A stretch of 64,000 nt of DNA from Mizuhopecten yessoensis (lineage: Eukaryota). Of the stretch, positions 34,930 to 46,995 are shown piece after piece. The stretch is taken from assembly GCF_002113885.1 (NCBI RefSeq), contig NW_018407853.1, positions 1,207,113 to 1,271,112 on the forward strand. Reading direction: 5' to 3'. A program made the position numbers and the translations under genes. The notes beneath the pieces were generated by a model. The model saw only the letters and a program-made list of their open reading frames with translations. It searched no databases and was not told the DNA's origin. Every line of letters begins with the position of its first letter. Within the stretch, counting starts at the first letter, position 1.

Positions 34930-35820
34930 AGCGTTACAACAGGGAAGGGAAACTGCAAAGGGGCAGGATTGCTGAGATTTAAAACCAGGGATCCAGGCAA
35001 ACTCTAGATGGACGGTCTAACCAGTGGATAAGTACCTTGTCAATGACAGTCACTAAGCCTAGCCTCACTACACACTATCACCTCTCTTCTTTTTAAGTCT
35101 TTGCCCTAGAAAACATTCCCCTATTTACAAACCAACTAAGTTCACTGGGTGTCCTTTTTTCCATGCACATATGCAGTACTTTAATCAAGGGTTGGTTACA
35201 GGCACCACAGTAACATGAGAGGGAAAAAACAACAGGGCCAGACTGGGATTCAAACCCAGGACCTAAAATATAGCTCCAAACTCTACTGGTATGCTGTCAC
35301 TAACTGAGCAACCTGCCAGTCACGGATGGTCATCCGGCTTCGCTTCTTCCTCCTTTTCATATGTCTTTCTACGTACCCTAAAACAATACTATTTACAGCC
35401 CAGGTTACGGTACATAACTCGTTGCCAAGAGCACACTTAGTGCTTGAAACATGGATTGCATATTCAGGACACCACTGTAACAGGAGATAGATACTGCATT
35501 AGGGTTAGATCTGGTTTCGAACCTGATGTCTCTGGTGAGTGACCCAGTCCAGTTTCACAACACTCCTACCTCCGTTTCTTGTCTTTGTCCCTGAAAACAA
35601 CTCTTATACCCCCACCGGATGGCTTATATATATCCTCTTGCTGAGAGTATCCTCAGTATTCGAAACTTAAGGGTAAGTCACAAGCACCACTGTAACAGAA
35701 AAGGGAAAATGTGATAAGACCAGACAGGTACATGTATTCTAACCAGGCCCCCTGAAATCTAGATGGATATTCTCACCAAATGATTGAACTACCTGGTCAG
35801 TGCAGTCACCTGGCCAAGTC
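34930..35820 (-). repeat. Degenerate tandem array (~4 x 215-270 bp) of tRNA-derived units
   Basis: Anchor CACCAC(A/T)GTAACA at 35203, 35470 and 35685. Reverse B-box-like GGGATTCAAACCC (35245) and GGTTTCGAACC (35513), plus A-box-like ACTAACTGAGCAACC. Recurring GTCTTT..CCCT.AAAACA. Confidence 0.65.
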
Positions 35821-37479
35821 CCTCTACAGTTTATAAGGTAACATGTCCCTGTGCTCCAGGGAAGTATACAATTATGTATACAGTGGCAGTAGAAATTTGA
35901 AATTTGAAATTATGATGCAAATGACTATATGGAATATGACATGCGTCGCAAAGCATTGTTATGTTACATGATGTCATAATTAGAAGATTGACCAATGGCA
36001 TAAAGTCCATGGTGTTATCCACTAGTAGGTAACCAAAAGTGTATACCAACTTCCAGTAGGTTAATCAAATGAGTCAGGAGTAAGGAAACAAATAGTGATT
36101 GTGGGAGAAAAAAGATGATAAAGTGAATGTAATCGGCAGTTAATGGCATGTTACTGCAGTATATGGATATTGGTTAACAATTTACAGTGGATAAACAAAT
36201 TTTGAATTTGAAGGTAATAAGGTGTTTTTATTTTCACTTGAAAGGCTGTTTCATTAAAAGTACTTAAGATTTATGATGCATTTAAAGTAGGCCTGCTATT
36301 GAATAATGAATTCTAGATCCCCTGCATGTCGCACAGGTGGTGTGAAGTGGAGTGTGTTTGTATCAGAAGTATATGCCAAGCGCTGGCCAGCAGACGTTCA
36401 AAACCGATATCCTCTGATTAAAACCGTTCTGTCGACAGTCTAACAATAGACAATATCAGAGGGTGTATGGTGGATAATGAATGCAGCTCATTGTTTGGGT
36501 CAAGGTATATACGCTAAGCAGACCTGGAGTAGGTTTAGGCTGTGGGTGGATAGTAACCTGATATACCGTAAATGGTAGAATCAATCCAATGTTAAGAAAT
36601 GAGTTTAACTATATATACATCTAAGCACAATATGTATATTATATATATGAAGTTGACTATCATGGTACATACACCATTTAATGTATACATAATTATTTAA
36701 TAACTCAAGTTTATGTACCTTTTTATGTTTGATCCATATAGAAGAGGATAATTAAAGAGACAGAGGGCCCAGATGGGGGGGGGGGGGGGGGGGGNGTTGG
36801 GGTATTGCTAGTAGATTGGAGAGAAGGAGAAAAAAGGGACTGAGGAAGAGGAGGGACAGAGGAGGAAGAGGGAAAGAGCTGGGGATCTCGGCGGCTTGAA
36901 GAAAGAATATAGAGAATTGGTTGATGAAGAGGTATCATAGGTTTTATAGAGCTTCCTGTTGCATTAATTCAGTCATTTTCATTGATTGACAAGAGCTGAT
37001 TGCTGGACAAATAATGCTAGCACTGTGCCTGGGAGATTGGGCCTGGTGAAAACCATGAAGGGGTCCCGAGCAGGTGTATGGCACAAGGGTAGCCTGAAGA
37101 GGGAAGATAACAGGAGGGGAAGTCTCAAGAGGGTGGATGGCAAATGCAAGAGGGTGGTCTCAAAAGGGTGAATGAAAGGAGGGAGGAGTCAATGAAGTAT
37201 ATTAAGGAGTGATCGATAAAAGTTGAGTCAAGAGAATGTTTGTGAATGCGTGAGGTAAGGGGTTATAGCTATAGGGAAGAGAGTGACAAGATTGAATTGG
37301 ATGAAATGAGGGGACATCTTTAGTGAGTAGGAGTGACTGGCAGGAATATAGGGTGTATTGTGACAGTTGGTTGATGGCAGCAAGATGGAATTGGTTATAG
37401 TCAGAGAAGGGGGACTTCCAGGGAGTGGGCATGGCTAAAGAGAGGGAAAAGAGTCTAGAAAAGACACGACAGATTATAT

Positions 37480-38030
37480 TTGATTTTACCTCCAATTCCT
37501 CTGAATCAGGGTATATCGCATTCATTTCAGGGGTCATCTGTCTGTGTGTGCATGCATCCCAATGTCCTCGTGCTGACTGCTGACCAGTACATATCACAGG
37601 CACAATTTCGAAAACAAGCATCAAACTTTGTCAAAGGTATAGGCAAAGTGTTACATCCTAAAATGAGGTCTTTGTGACCTCTATTCGACCTTTACCTCAA
37701 GTACTTAAACAAAGTGTAAAACAGATTCTGAATTATATCTTGGCTTACCGGATAACTGTTTTATGTATGGACTTCAGACTTGAGGTGATCAGGGTACTCT
37801 AGAGTCAAGCAATATGTTACAATACTAAAGTTGGTTTATTGGAACCTCATTATGACCTCAAATTTTAAATATAGTGTACATAATGGTCAGGCTGTGTGTC
37901 CTGTCATGATATCAGGCCAACACCCAATGTTTTGACCTTGACCTTGAGTACAATTACTATTCATATAGGAACAGACAAGTGGAGAGTGGGGGTATCCATG
38001 AAGCTCATACTTGAAGTTAAATCTTAGTTA
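37480..38030 (+). mobile_element. Decayed HINE/Helentron-associated element
   Basis: TTTTACCTCC...GGGTATA start, TCTGTCTGTGTG tract, TGACCTTGACCTTG motifs, and a GGGGGTATCC...TCTTAGTT end. Confidence 0.45.
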
Positions 38031-39224
38031 TTTTAGCATCATATTGACAGCTGAGGTTATGAAGGATGTACCATGTGTGTGTAATGATTGTAATATTGCA
38101 TGTACTAGAGTTTGCCTCCTTGTGATAGAGTGAATCTGATGCCAACTTTAGAGGACTACCTCACTGAACTCAAAGCCTTTCTGAGGGTGATTGATGGGGT
38201 GTCTGCATGATGGTAGGAAAAAGGGTCTGAAGAGGATGGGTAACAGAAGGGAGTTTTGTTAAGGGTCTAGATGGCTAGATACTTATTTGCTTTTGGTTTG
38301 ATGTTATAAAGCCTGGGTGCATGGTTTGGTAGCTTATTGACAAAAGTGGTCTACAGATTGTGGGTATATCAGTTTTGAACTTGCCTGATTAAAGAATAGA
38401 GAGCTTTGCTGGTGTGATTGACTAGGCCAGGTACTGATGTACATTTGTAGGTTAAGGTTTACAGGGTAGGGTTGTCCATTGATTCAGATTGTGTGCTGCT
38501 AGCTGACTGATTTTTTATATGGAGGTTCATAGTGGGTCTAACATTGATATAGTGAAAATGAAAATAAGTATGTTTAATATTATGAAGGTTTTCATCTCTT
38601 TTGGACTTAACATATTGTGAGGTTTCAGTTTTTAGGTAAGATATGTGAAGCCTTGCCACTGATTCAGCATGACACTTAAATTGATGTTCATTTGGGGGTC
38701 TAACAGTAAAATGTAGCCAAAACAAACTGAAAACAAATCTGATTTTTGTGAGTTTCACCTTTTATTTTGACTTTACTTATTTACTCAAAAATATAAAGCA
38801 CAAATTATTTATTGGTAAGATATACTGTACCTGTATAATAAATAGATGAGGGTTTGTTGAGTTTGACACCATTTTTGGTTTAGATTAAATAGTAGAAGTC
38901 AAATAAAGGATATTGCTACTGGGGAAGGTTTGTGAGGGTGGTTGATTAAAATATACTCATTCATCATTTGATTACAATTTGTAAGACAGTCTTACTAGAT
39001 AATAAAACCAATGGTAGACATGCACTGCGGAACTGATTCAAAAACGGTGTGAAGCCTTCTTGTCGAACATAGCATTAGTAAGTGCATGTATATGAAGCCA
39101 AAGAGTATGCTGTTGATTCCCCATCTTCTTTCCATGCAATACTGTTTACTTATCTAATGTAAATACTAGAAAACTTAGTGGTGTTCCCATTGAATATTTA
39201 CATACAAATGTATATACTAGTATT

Positions 39225-42200
39225 TCACTTATGTTTCAGAATATAACAATACACTCACTTGTGTTGCAGAATATACCAAAACACTCACTTATGTTGCAGA
39301 ATATACCAATACACTCACTTGTGTTGTAGTATATACTAATACACTCACTTGTGTTGTAGTATATACCAATACACTCACTTGTGTTTGGGAATATACCAAT
39401 ACACTCACTTGTGTTTGGGAATATACCAATACACTCACTTGTGGTGTAGAATATACCAATACACTCACTCATGTTGCAGATTATACCAATATACCAATAT
39501 ACCAATACACTCTCTTGTGTTGCAGAATATAACAATACACTCACTTGTGTTGCAGAATATAACAATACACTCACTTGTGTTGCACAATATAACAATACAC
39601 TCACTTGTGTTGTATAATATACCAATACAATCACTTGTGTTGCAGAATATAACAATACACTCACTTGTGTTGTATAATATACCAATACAATCACTTGTGT
39701 TGTAGAATATACCAAAACACTCACTTATGTTGCAGAATATACCAATACACTCACGTGTGTTGCAGAATATACCAATACACGAATATAACAATACACTCAC
39801 TTGTGTTGTAGAATATATCAATACACTCACTTGTGTTGCAGAATATCCCAATACACTCACTTATGTTGTAGAGTATACGAATCTACCAATACACTCACTT
39901 GTGTTGTAGAATAAACCAATACACTCACTTATGTTGCAGCATATACCAATACACTCACTTGTGTTTGGGAATATACCAATACACTCACTTGTGGTGTAGA
40001 ATATACCAATACACTCACTCATGTTGCAGATTATACCAATATACCAATATACCAATACGCTCACTTGTGTTGCAGAATATACCAACTCACTTGTGTTGCA
40101 TAATATACCAATACACTCACTTGTGTTGTAGAATATACCAATATACCAATACACTCACTTATGTTGTAGAGTATACCAATCTACCAATACACTCACTTGT
40201 GTTGTAGAATATACCAATATACCAATACCCTCACTTGTGTTGTAGAATATATCAATACACTCACTTGTGTTGCAGAATATACCAATACACTCACTTGTGT
40301 TGTAGAATATACCAATACACTCACTTATGTTGCAGATTATACCAATATACCAATATACCAATACACTCACTTGTGTTGTAGAATATATCAATACACTCAC
40401 TTGTGTTGCAGAATATACCAATACACTCACTTGTGTTTGGGAATATACCAATACACTCACTTGTGTTGCAGAATATACAAATACACTCACTTGTGTTGCA
40501 GAATATACCAATCCACTCACTTGTGTTGCAGAATATACACATACACTCATTTGTGTTGCAGAATATACCAATACACTCTCTTGTGTTGCAGAATATACCA
40601 GTACACTCACTTGTGTTGCAGAATATACCAATACACTCACTTGTGTTGTAGAATATACCAATATACCAATACACTCACTTGTGTTGCAGAATATACACAT
40701 ACACTCATTTGTGTTGCAGAATATACCAATACACTCACTTGTGTTGCAGAATATATCAATTAACTCACTTGTGTTGCAGAATATACAAATACACTCACTT
40801 GGGTTGCAGAATATAACAATACACTCACTTGAGTTGCAGAATATACCAGTACACTCACTTGTGTTGCAGAATATACCAATCCACTCACTTGTGTTGCAGA
40901 ATATACACATACACTCATTTGAGTTGCAGAATATACCAATACACTCACTTGTGGGGGGGAATATACCAATACACTCACTTGTGTTGCAGAATATACAAAT
41001 ACACTCACTTGTGTTGCAGAATATAACAATACACTCACTTGAGTTGCAGAATATACCAATACACTCACTTGTGTTGCAGAATATATCAATTCACTCACTT
41101 GTGTTGCAGAATATACAAATACACTCACTTGTGTTGCAGAATATACCAATACACTCACTTGTGTTGCAGAATATACCAATACACTCATTAGTGTTGCAGA
41201 ATATACCAATACACTCACTTGTGTTGCAGAATATACTAATACACTCACTTGTGTTGTAGACTATACCAATATACCAATACACTCACTTTTGTTGTGGAAT
41301 ATATCAATACACTCACATGTGTTGAAGAATATACCAATACACTCACTTATGTTGCAGAATATACCAATATACCAATACACTCACTTATGTTGTAGAATAT
41401 ACCAATATACCAATACACTCACTTGTGTTGTAGAATATACCAATACACTCACTTATGTTGCAGAATATACCAATATACCAATATACCAATACACTCACTT
41501 GTGTTGTGGAATATATCAATACACTCACATGTGTTGCAGAATATACCAATACACTCACTTGTGTTGCAGAATATACCAATACGCTCACTTGTGTTGTAGA
41601 ATATACCAATATACCAATACACTCACTTGTGTTGCAGAATATACAAATACACTCACTTGTGTTGCAGAATATGCCAATACACTCACTTGTATTGCAGAAT
41701 ATACCAATACACTCACTTATGTTGTAGAATATACCAATATACCAATATACTCACTTGTGTTGTAGAATATACCAATATACCAATACACTCACTTGTGTTG
41801 CAGAATATACCAATAAACTTCCTCGTGTTGTAGAATATACCAATACACTCACTTATGTTGTAGAATATACCAATATACCAATACACTCACTTATGTCGTA
41901 GAATATACCAGTATACCAATACACTCACTTGTGTTGTAGAATATACCAATATACCAATACACTCACTTGTGTTGCAGAATATACCAATACACTCACTTGT
42001 GTTGTAGTATATACCAATACACTCACTTGTGTTGTAGTATATACCAATACACTCACTTGTGTTGTAGTATATACCAATACACTCACTTGTGTTGTAGTAT
42101 ATACCAATACACTCACTTGTGTTGTAGTATATACCAATACACTCACTTGTGTTGTAGTATATACCAATACACTCACTTGTGTTGTAGTATATACCAATAC

Positions 42201-42480
42201 ACTCACTTGTGTTGTAGTATATACCAATACACTCACTTGTGTTGTAGTATATACCAATACACTCACTTGTGTTGTAGTATATACCAATACACTCACTTGT
42301 GTTGTAGTATATACCAATACACTCACTTGTGTTGTAGTATATACCAATACACTCACTTGTGTTGTAGTATATACCAATACACTCACTTGTGTTGTAGTAT
42401 ATACCAATACACTCACTTGTGTTGTAGTATATACCAATACACTCACTTGTGTTGTAGTATATACCAATACACTATCTTGT
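39225..42480. repeat. 30-bp minisatellite (~100 copies) in putative intron 1
   Basis: Consensus ATATACCAATACACTCACTTGTGTTGCAGA, with 38/46-bp variants from an extra ATACCAAT. The last ~16 units are identical. Confidence 0.97.
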
Positions 42481-43669
42481 GCTTAGTGCTCATGAAAAAT
42501 ATCAGTATTCAGTCATACTCTTCCTAATAAAATATATCAAAGTTTACAAACAGTAACAATTCTTTGACTGTTAGTATGTATATTATAACAAAGACCTGTG
42601 AAAATGTTTGACTGTTTAAGATGCTTAAAACTGGAGTTAAATCACAGATAATAATCTGAAGTTCTTTTCTATACAAGGAATGACCTTTCCCTCTCATACG
42701 TTGGTCTGCTCATTAGTATAATTTACATGTATTTGGGATTAATAGATTACTACAAAAAAATGTTCAGTTCGTTGGAGAATTAAGTGTAATTAAATACCAT
42801 ATAAATTGAATCTGAACTTTAACTTCAATCACCTGTATTGAGGTATTGACTTTCGATATGTTTCTATTTATTTTACAATATAAACACCTGTTGACTTATT
42901 TATAAACTTACATAATAACATGAGTCGTAATTCCGAAGAGTCACACTAAATGTATATGGTAAGTAAATTTAACATTTCCCATCTTTCATTTTCATTTATT
43001 TTATATTTAAATATTTTTGTGCCTAATTAGTATCTAATATTGTTAACTAGAACAAATTGTGTCCAAACCAATTTGCACACTACTGTATTTGCCAGGAAAT
43101 TAATTCACATAAATCGCAGTGTACATATTTTACAGTATGCACAAATATTTTTTTTCTTCAATTCTTTAATTAGTGATGAATGCACATATGTTTAACTAAA
43201 ATGTATGTGACCATAAATACTGTATGAAACATTGGTAATCAGCAGGAAATATAACAGATAGACCGAAACCATCCTATTTTTCTCAGTTTAGACCAAATGG
43301 ATACAAAGTAATATATAATCATCACTATTAATTTTTATATATTTTTTACATTAATTCATGAGGAAAGTTAAGCATGGAAGTTTGCGTCTCACAAATAGTG
43401 GCATTCATTTAAATCAAAATATTTAACTTTCAGATCCTTTGAAATACATCATCTAAATCACAATGGTGAAAATAAGATTTCACAAAAATTGAGTTATTTA
43501 CAGTACGGTGGTGGGGCATCAACAATAGTTGATTAACACATGTACAATGTCAGGTATTAAAAAATATAATTTGATTTCTGTGATTTGACAGGTTGATGTG
43601 ACAAAACTTGATGGATAAGTGAATACGCTGCGTTGTACATTAGTCGTGCATAGTCAGGTGTGCATCATA

Positions 43670-43741
43670 ATGGGAACCCTACTAATGCAGACAGAGCTGG
43701 GAACCTTGGAGACCGGACTCAAGGATCTCAAAAAGTCACGG
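43670..43741 (+). CDS. Uncharacterized multi-exon protein, coding exon 1 (MGTLLMQTELGTLETGLKDLKKSR)
   Basis: Acceptor TTTGACAG ends at 43591, ATG at 43670, donor GTAAG at 43742; phase 0 matches the next exon. Confidence 0.7.
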
Positions 43742-43875
43742 GTAAGAGCTGTTTATCATAAACTGTAGTATTTGTTTCCTGTGCTTGTAGCTTATAAAAC
43801 ATATTTTCCTTAAAGTTTAATACATAAGAGCAATGCATATAGTGAACGATCTGGAAAAGTATTTTTTTTCTGAAA

Positions 43876-43967
43876 TTAACTCATTCACCCCTGAAGACAC
43901 ATTTGGACTCTTCCAATTCTAGGGTTGGAATAGTTCATTATAAAATTTTCAGGGATGAATGAGTTAA
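43876..43967. mobile_element. 92-bp TTAA-flanked MITE (piggyBac/Kolobok-like)
   Basis: TTAACTCATTCACCCCTGAA ... TTCAGGGATGAATGAGTTAA, 19/20 inverted match including TTAA ends. Confidence 0.75.
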
Positions 43968-45709
43968 AAACCTGTTGCTTTATCAAGACAAGATGATTAA
44001 TACATGTAGGGGAAAACAATAGTGATCTTTTATAATGTATTAAACTGTAGACATTGTATATAAATATATTTATTAGACAGTGACAAAGACAAAGGAAGAT
44101 ATGTTATGACTTGTGCTCAATTTCTGAACCTCAAACTCACAATCTATCAGATCAATTCATCTGTATACATGTAGCTTGCCAATAAATATTCACTTAGACC
44201 ACTAAACCACTACGCCTCCAATATACATAAATAAGAATAATAACGAGCACTATATATTCTGCAATGTTCACAATAACAAATTCTAATTCTTGGCTAAGCA
44301 CCCCATTTATTTGTTTGGTGAGCTTGATAGCGAAAATGGTGTTATGTTTAATTTTCCAGGTCAAAATGGCTTTATAATGTTTGTAAACCTTAAAGGTAAT
44401 TAACACTAAAATGGTTGCGACTGTTAAGTCTGATTCCTTGTGATTGGCCAGCTGGGAACCTTTGTTTATTACTTAGTTATTGATAGCTTTAGATTAACAG
44501 TCTGATAAATACTAAAGATAAATAAATAAAACCCATGTGCTTTACAAGCATAATCCGTAAAAGAATCGTGTCATTTATAGATCAGTAATCAGATTTCCAG
44601 TTTAAAGGCCCAGCTATGTCTAGGTAAATCTATTGACAAGGTTTTGTTAGTGTTCTTGGTGCAATGTAAATAGCACTAAAAAGTACAAGATGAAAGGTTA
44701 ATTCTGTGTGTGGACACTGGACAGCCACCTCTCTTGCTTAAAGTCACTAAAGATGTATTTTACACTACATTCTTGCCAAAAGTTTTGATGCATAAACTTT
44801 CTTTCTATATGCTGTATTAATGTGCCTGTAAACAGTCTTCTTGATGTACATATATATAAACAATAAATCAGTAAAGTTGAAAAAGAGGTCTTACAAGGTC
44901 AGTTTAATTTAAAAAGTAAGAAAATTTCCATCAAAATAACACTACACACTCCTGGGCAATGTTCATCGGCAGAGTATGTCTTTACCCAAATGCTTTGCAG
45001 TGTTCATTAATCAAAGGGGTAGTTTGTATGTGTGTTGATATATAGACTTTCGCGGTTAGACAAACCCACAGAATATTTGAAATATTTAATCTATACAGGG
45101 AATAATTGATGTGACTTCTTAAGTTCTTATATGTATTTTCTTGCAGAACAATATAGATAGAGTATGTTTAATTCTTACATACAATTTTAAATAAGTCTAG
45201 GGAGGTTTGATCAAATTTGGAAATATGGCAGCTCATAAAAAATATTAAAGAGAGATATGAGATTTTACTGTAATAATCACACATTGTAATACCAAAATAC
45301 AATATTGTTTACAGTGCAAAACAATAAGTATTTTACAGTCTTTTACTCATATCTCATTTCATAGTTTTTGTATAATTTAAAACTTAAAACTCATTTATGT
45401 CCTCTATATTATTACCATATGTATCCTGAAATAAGCCCATGTCTGGTGACTAGCCCACCCATTAGTCAGATACAGTTCAGTAGAAATACTAACAGATGAT
45501 ATTTCAATGTCCTGCAATAAACCATTACTCTCTAGTTTAAGTCAGACTTTATAAATGTGTTTGTCCCCATGTCGTACATCGTCGATACTCCAGGGGTTAA
45601 TTATCCTCACTTGCGCTCTCTGCACCCCTGGAATATGTCATAGCAAAATTGAAGGCTCAGTGTGCGCCACCTTGTGGATGAGATAAGAAGACTAGTTTGA
45701 TCCTTTGAT

Positions 45710-45840
45710 GTACACCAAAGTGAGCTTATATGTCATGGTGCGGCATCCGTTGTTCGTTCATCAATTTTTCCTTATAACAACTTCTTCTGAAGAACGAACT
45801 GGCATAGAGCCATGATATTTGACTGAAGCTTCGTTGGTAG
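45710..45840 (+). mobile_element. 5' fragment of a HINE-like element
   Basis: GTGAGCTTATATGTCATGGTGCGGCATCCGTTGTTCGTTCATCAATTTTT..AACAACTTCTTCT resembles the start of the element at 57790. Confidence 0.45.
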
Positions 45841-46529
45841 GAGCTGGTAAAACTTACTGGCTTTGAAGTCGGACGTCGCTCCTTTGTAATCTTCAAAGGA
45901 CAGGTATCAGCCTAGTGATTGGTCAGGCTTTTTTACCTGAGACTAATCAAATAGCTAGCAACATGCCTTCAATTTTGCTATGACATATTCTAGGGGTGCA
46001 AAGTGAAGGTGAGTGTAACCCATGGTTATCAAGGATGCATGTCTTATTGCAGGATAAATGCAGTACATGTACTTACATATCTATGCAGAATTGATAATCT
46101 GTTGCCTACGTTTACATGTACACACATGTAGATGTGATAGCACGCAGGTGTACATGTATAGTGTTTCAAACATCAACTTTGAAGAGTTTTAAATATACAT
46201 GTATCTGGTATACTTTGAAAACATTCTTTGTCACTTAAAACCTAAACTCCCAAAAATTATTTTGCACCCTTTAATTTTGAATAATTGTTTAAGTTGTGTA
46301 TTATAATTATTATTGTCAAATTTTTGGAGTTAAAGGGTATACTTCAGTCCTCTTAATGCAAACAATGGAAACTAAGGCTCTAAGACTACCATTATAGTAT
46401 CAAAACAAAGGAATCTCGGCCCCTCAATCACAGTCATTCTCATCAAAGATGAACTCTTCATGCAACTTTGAGGGGACTGATCATGAGAATTTCTCAGGCC
46501 TGAAGTACAGACTCATGCAATTAAAAACA

Positions 46530-46995
46530 CTGGCAAAGCATCCCTCTGTAGTACATCAAAGTCTGACAGACCATCCCTTTGTAGTACATAAAACTCTGAC
46601 AGACCATCCCTCTAAAGCACATAAATGTCTGACAGACCATCCCTCTAAAGCACATAAAAGTCTGACAGACCATCCCTCTGTAGTGCATAAAAGTCTGACA
46701 GACCATCCCTCTGTTGTACATAAAAGTCTGACGGACCATTCATCTGTAGTACATAAAAGCCTGACAGACCATCCCTCTGTAGTACATAAAAGACTGACAG
46801 ACCATCCCTCTTTAGTACATAGAAGTCTGACAGACCATTCCTCCGTCGTACATAGAAGTCTGACAGACCATCCCTCTAAAGCACATAAAAATCGAACAGA
46901 CCATCCCTCTGTAGTACATAAAACTCTGACAGACCATCCCTCTGTAGTACATAAAAATCGAACAGACCATCCCTCTGTAGTACATAAAAGTTGGA
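46530..46995. repeat. 33-bp minisatellite, ~14 copies
   Basis: Consensus ACATAAAAGTCTGACAGACCATCCCTCTGTAGT; source of the HKSLTDHPSVV ORF. Confidence 0.95.

Noticed and set aside
36760-37480. Purine-skewed stretch with poly-G (contains an N) and short ORFs
   Set aside because: Low complexity with no recognisable motifs or splice structure; the sequence is uncertain at the homopolymer.
39236-42527. Cys/Tyr-rich repeat ORFs (CCRIYQYTHL, NTSECIGIF) resembling shell-matrix or metallothionein-like proteins
   Set aside because: They are translations of a 30-bp satellite in many frames; 8-bp slippage variants constantly shift the frame.
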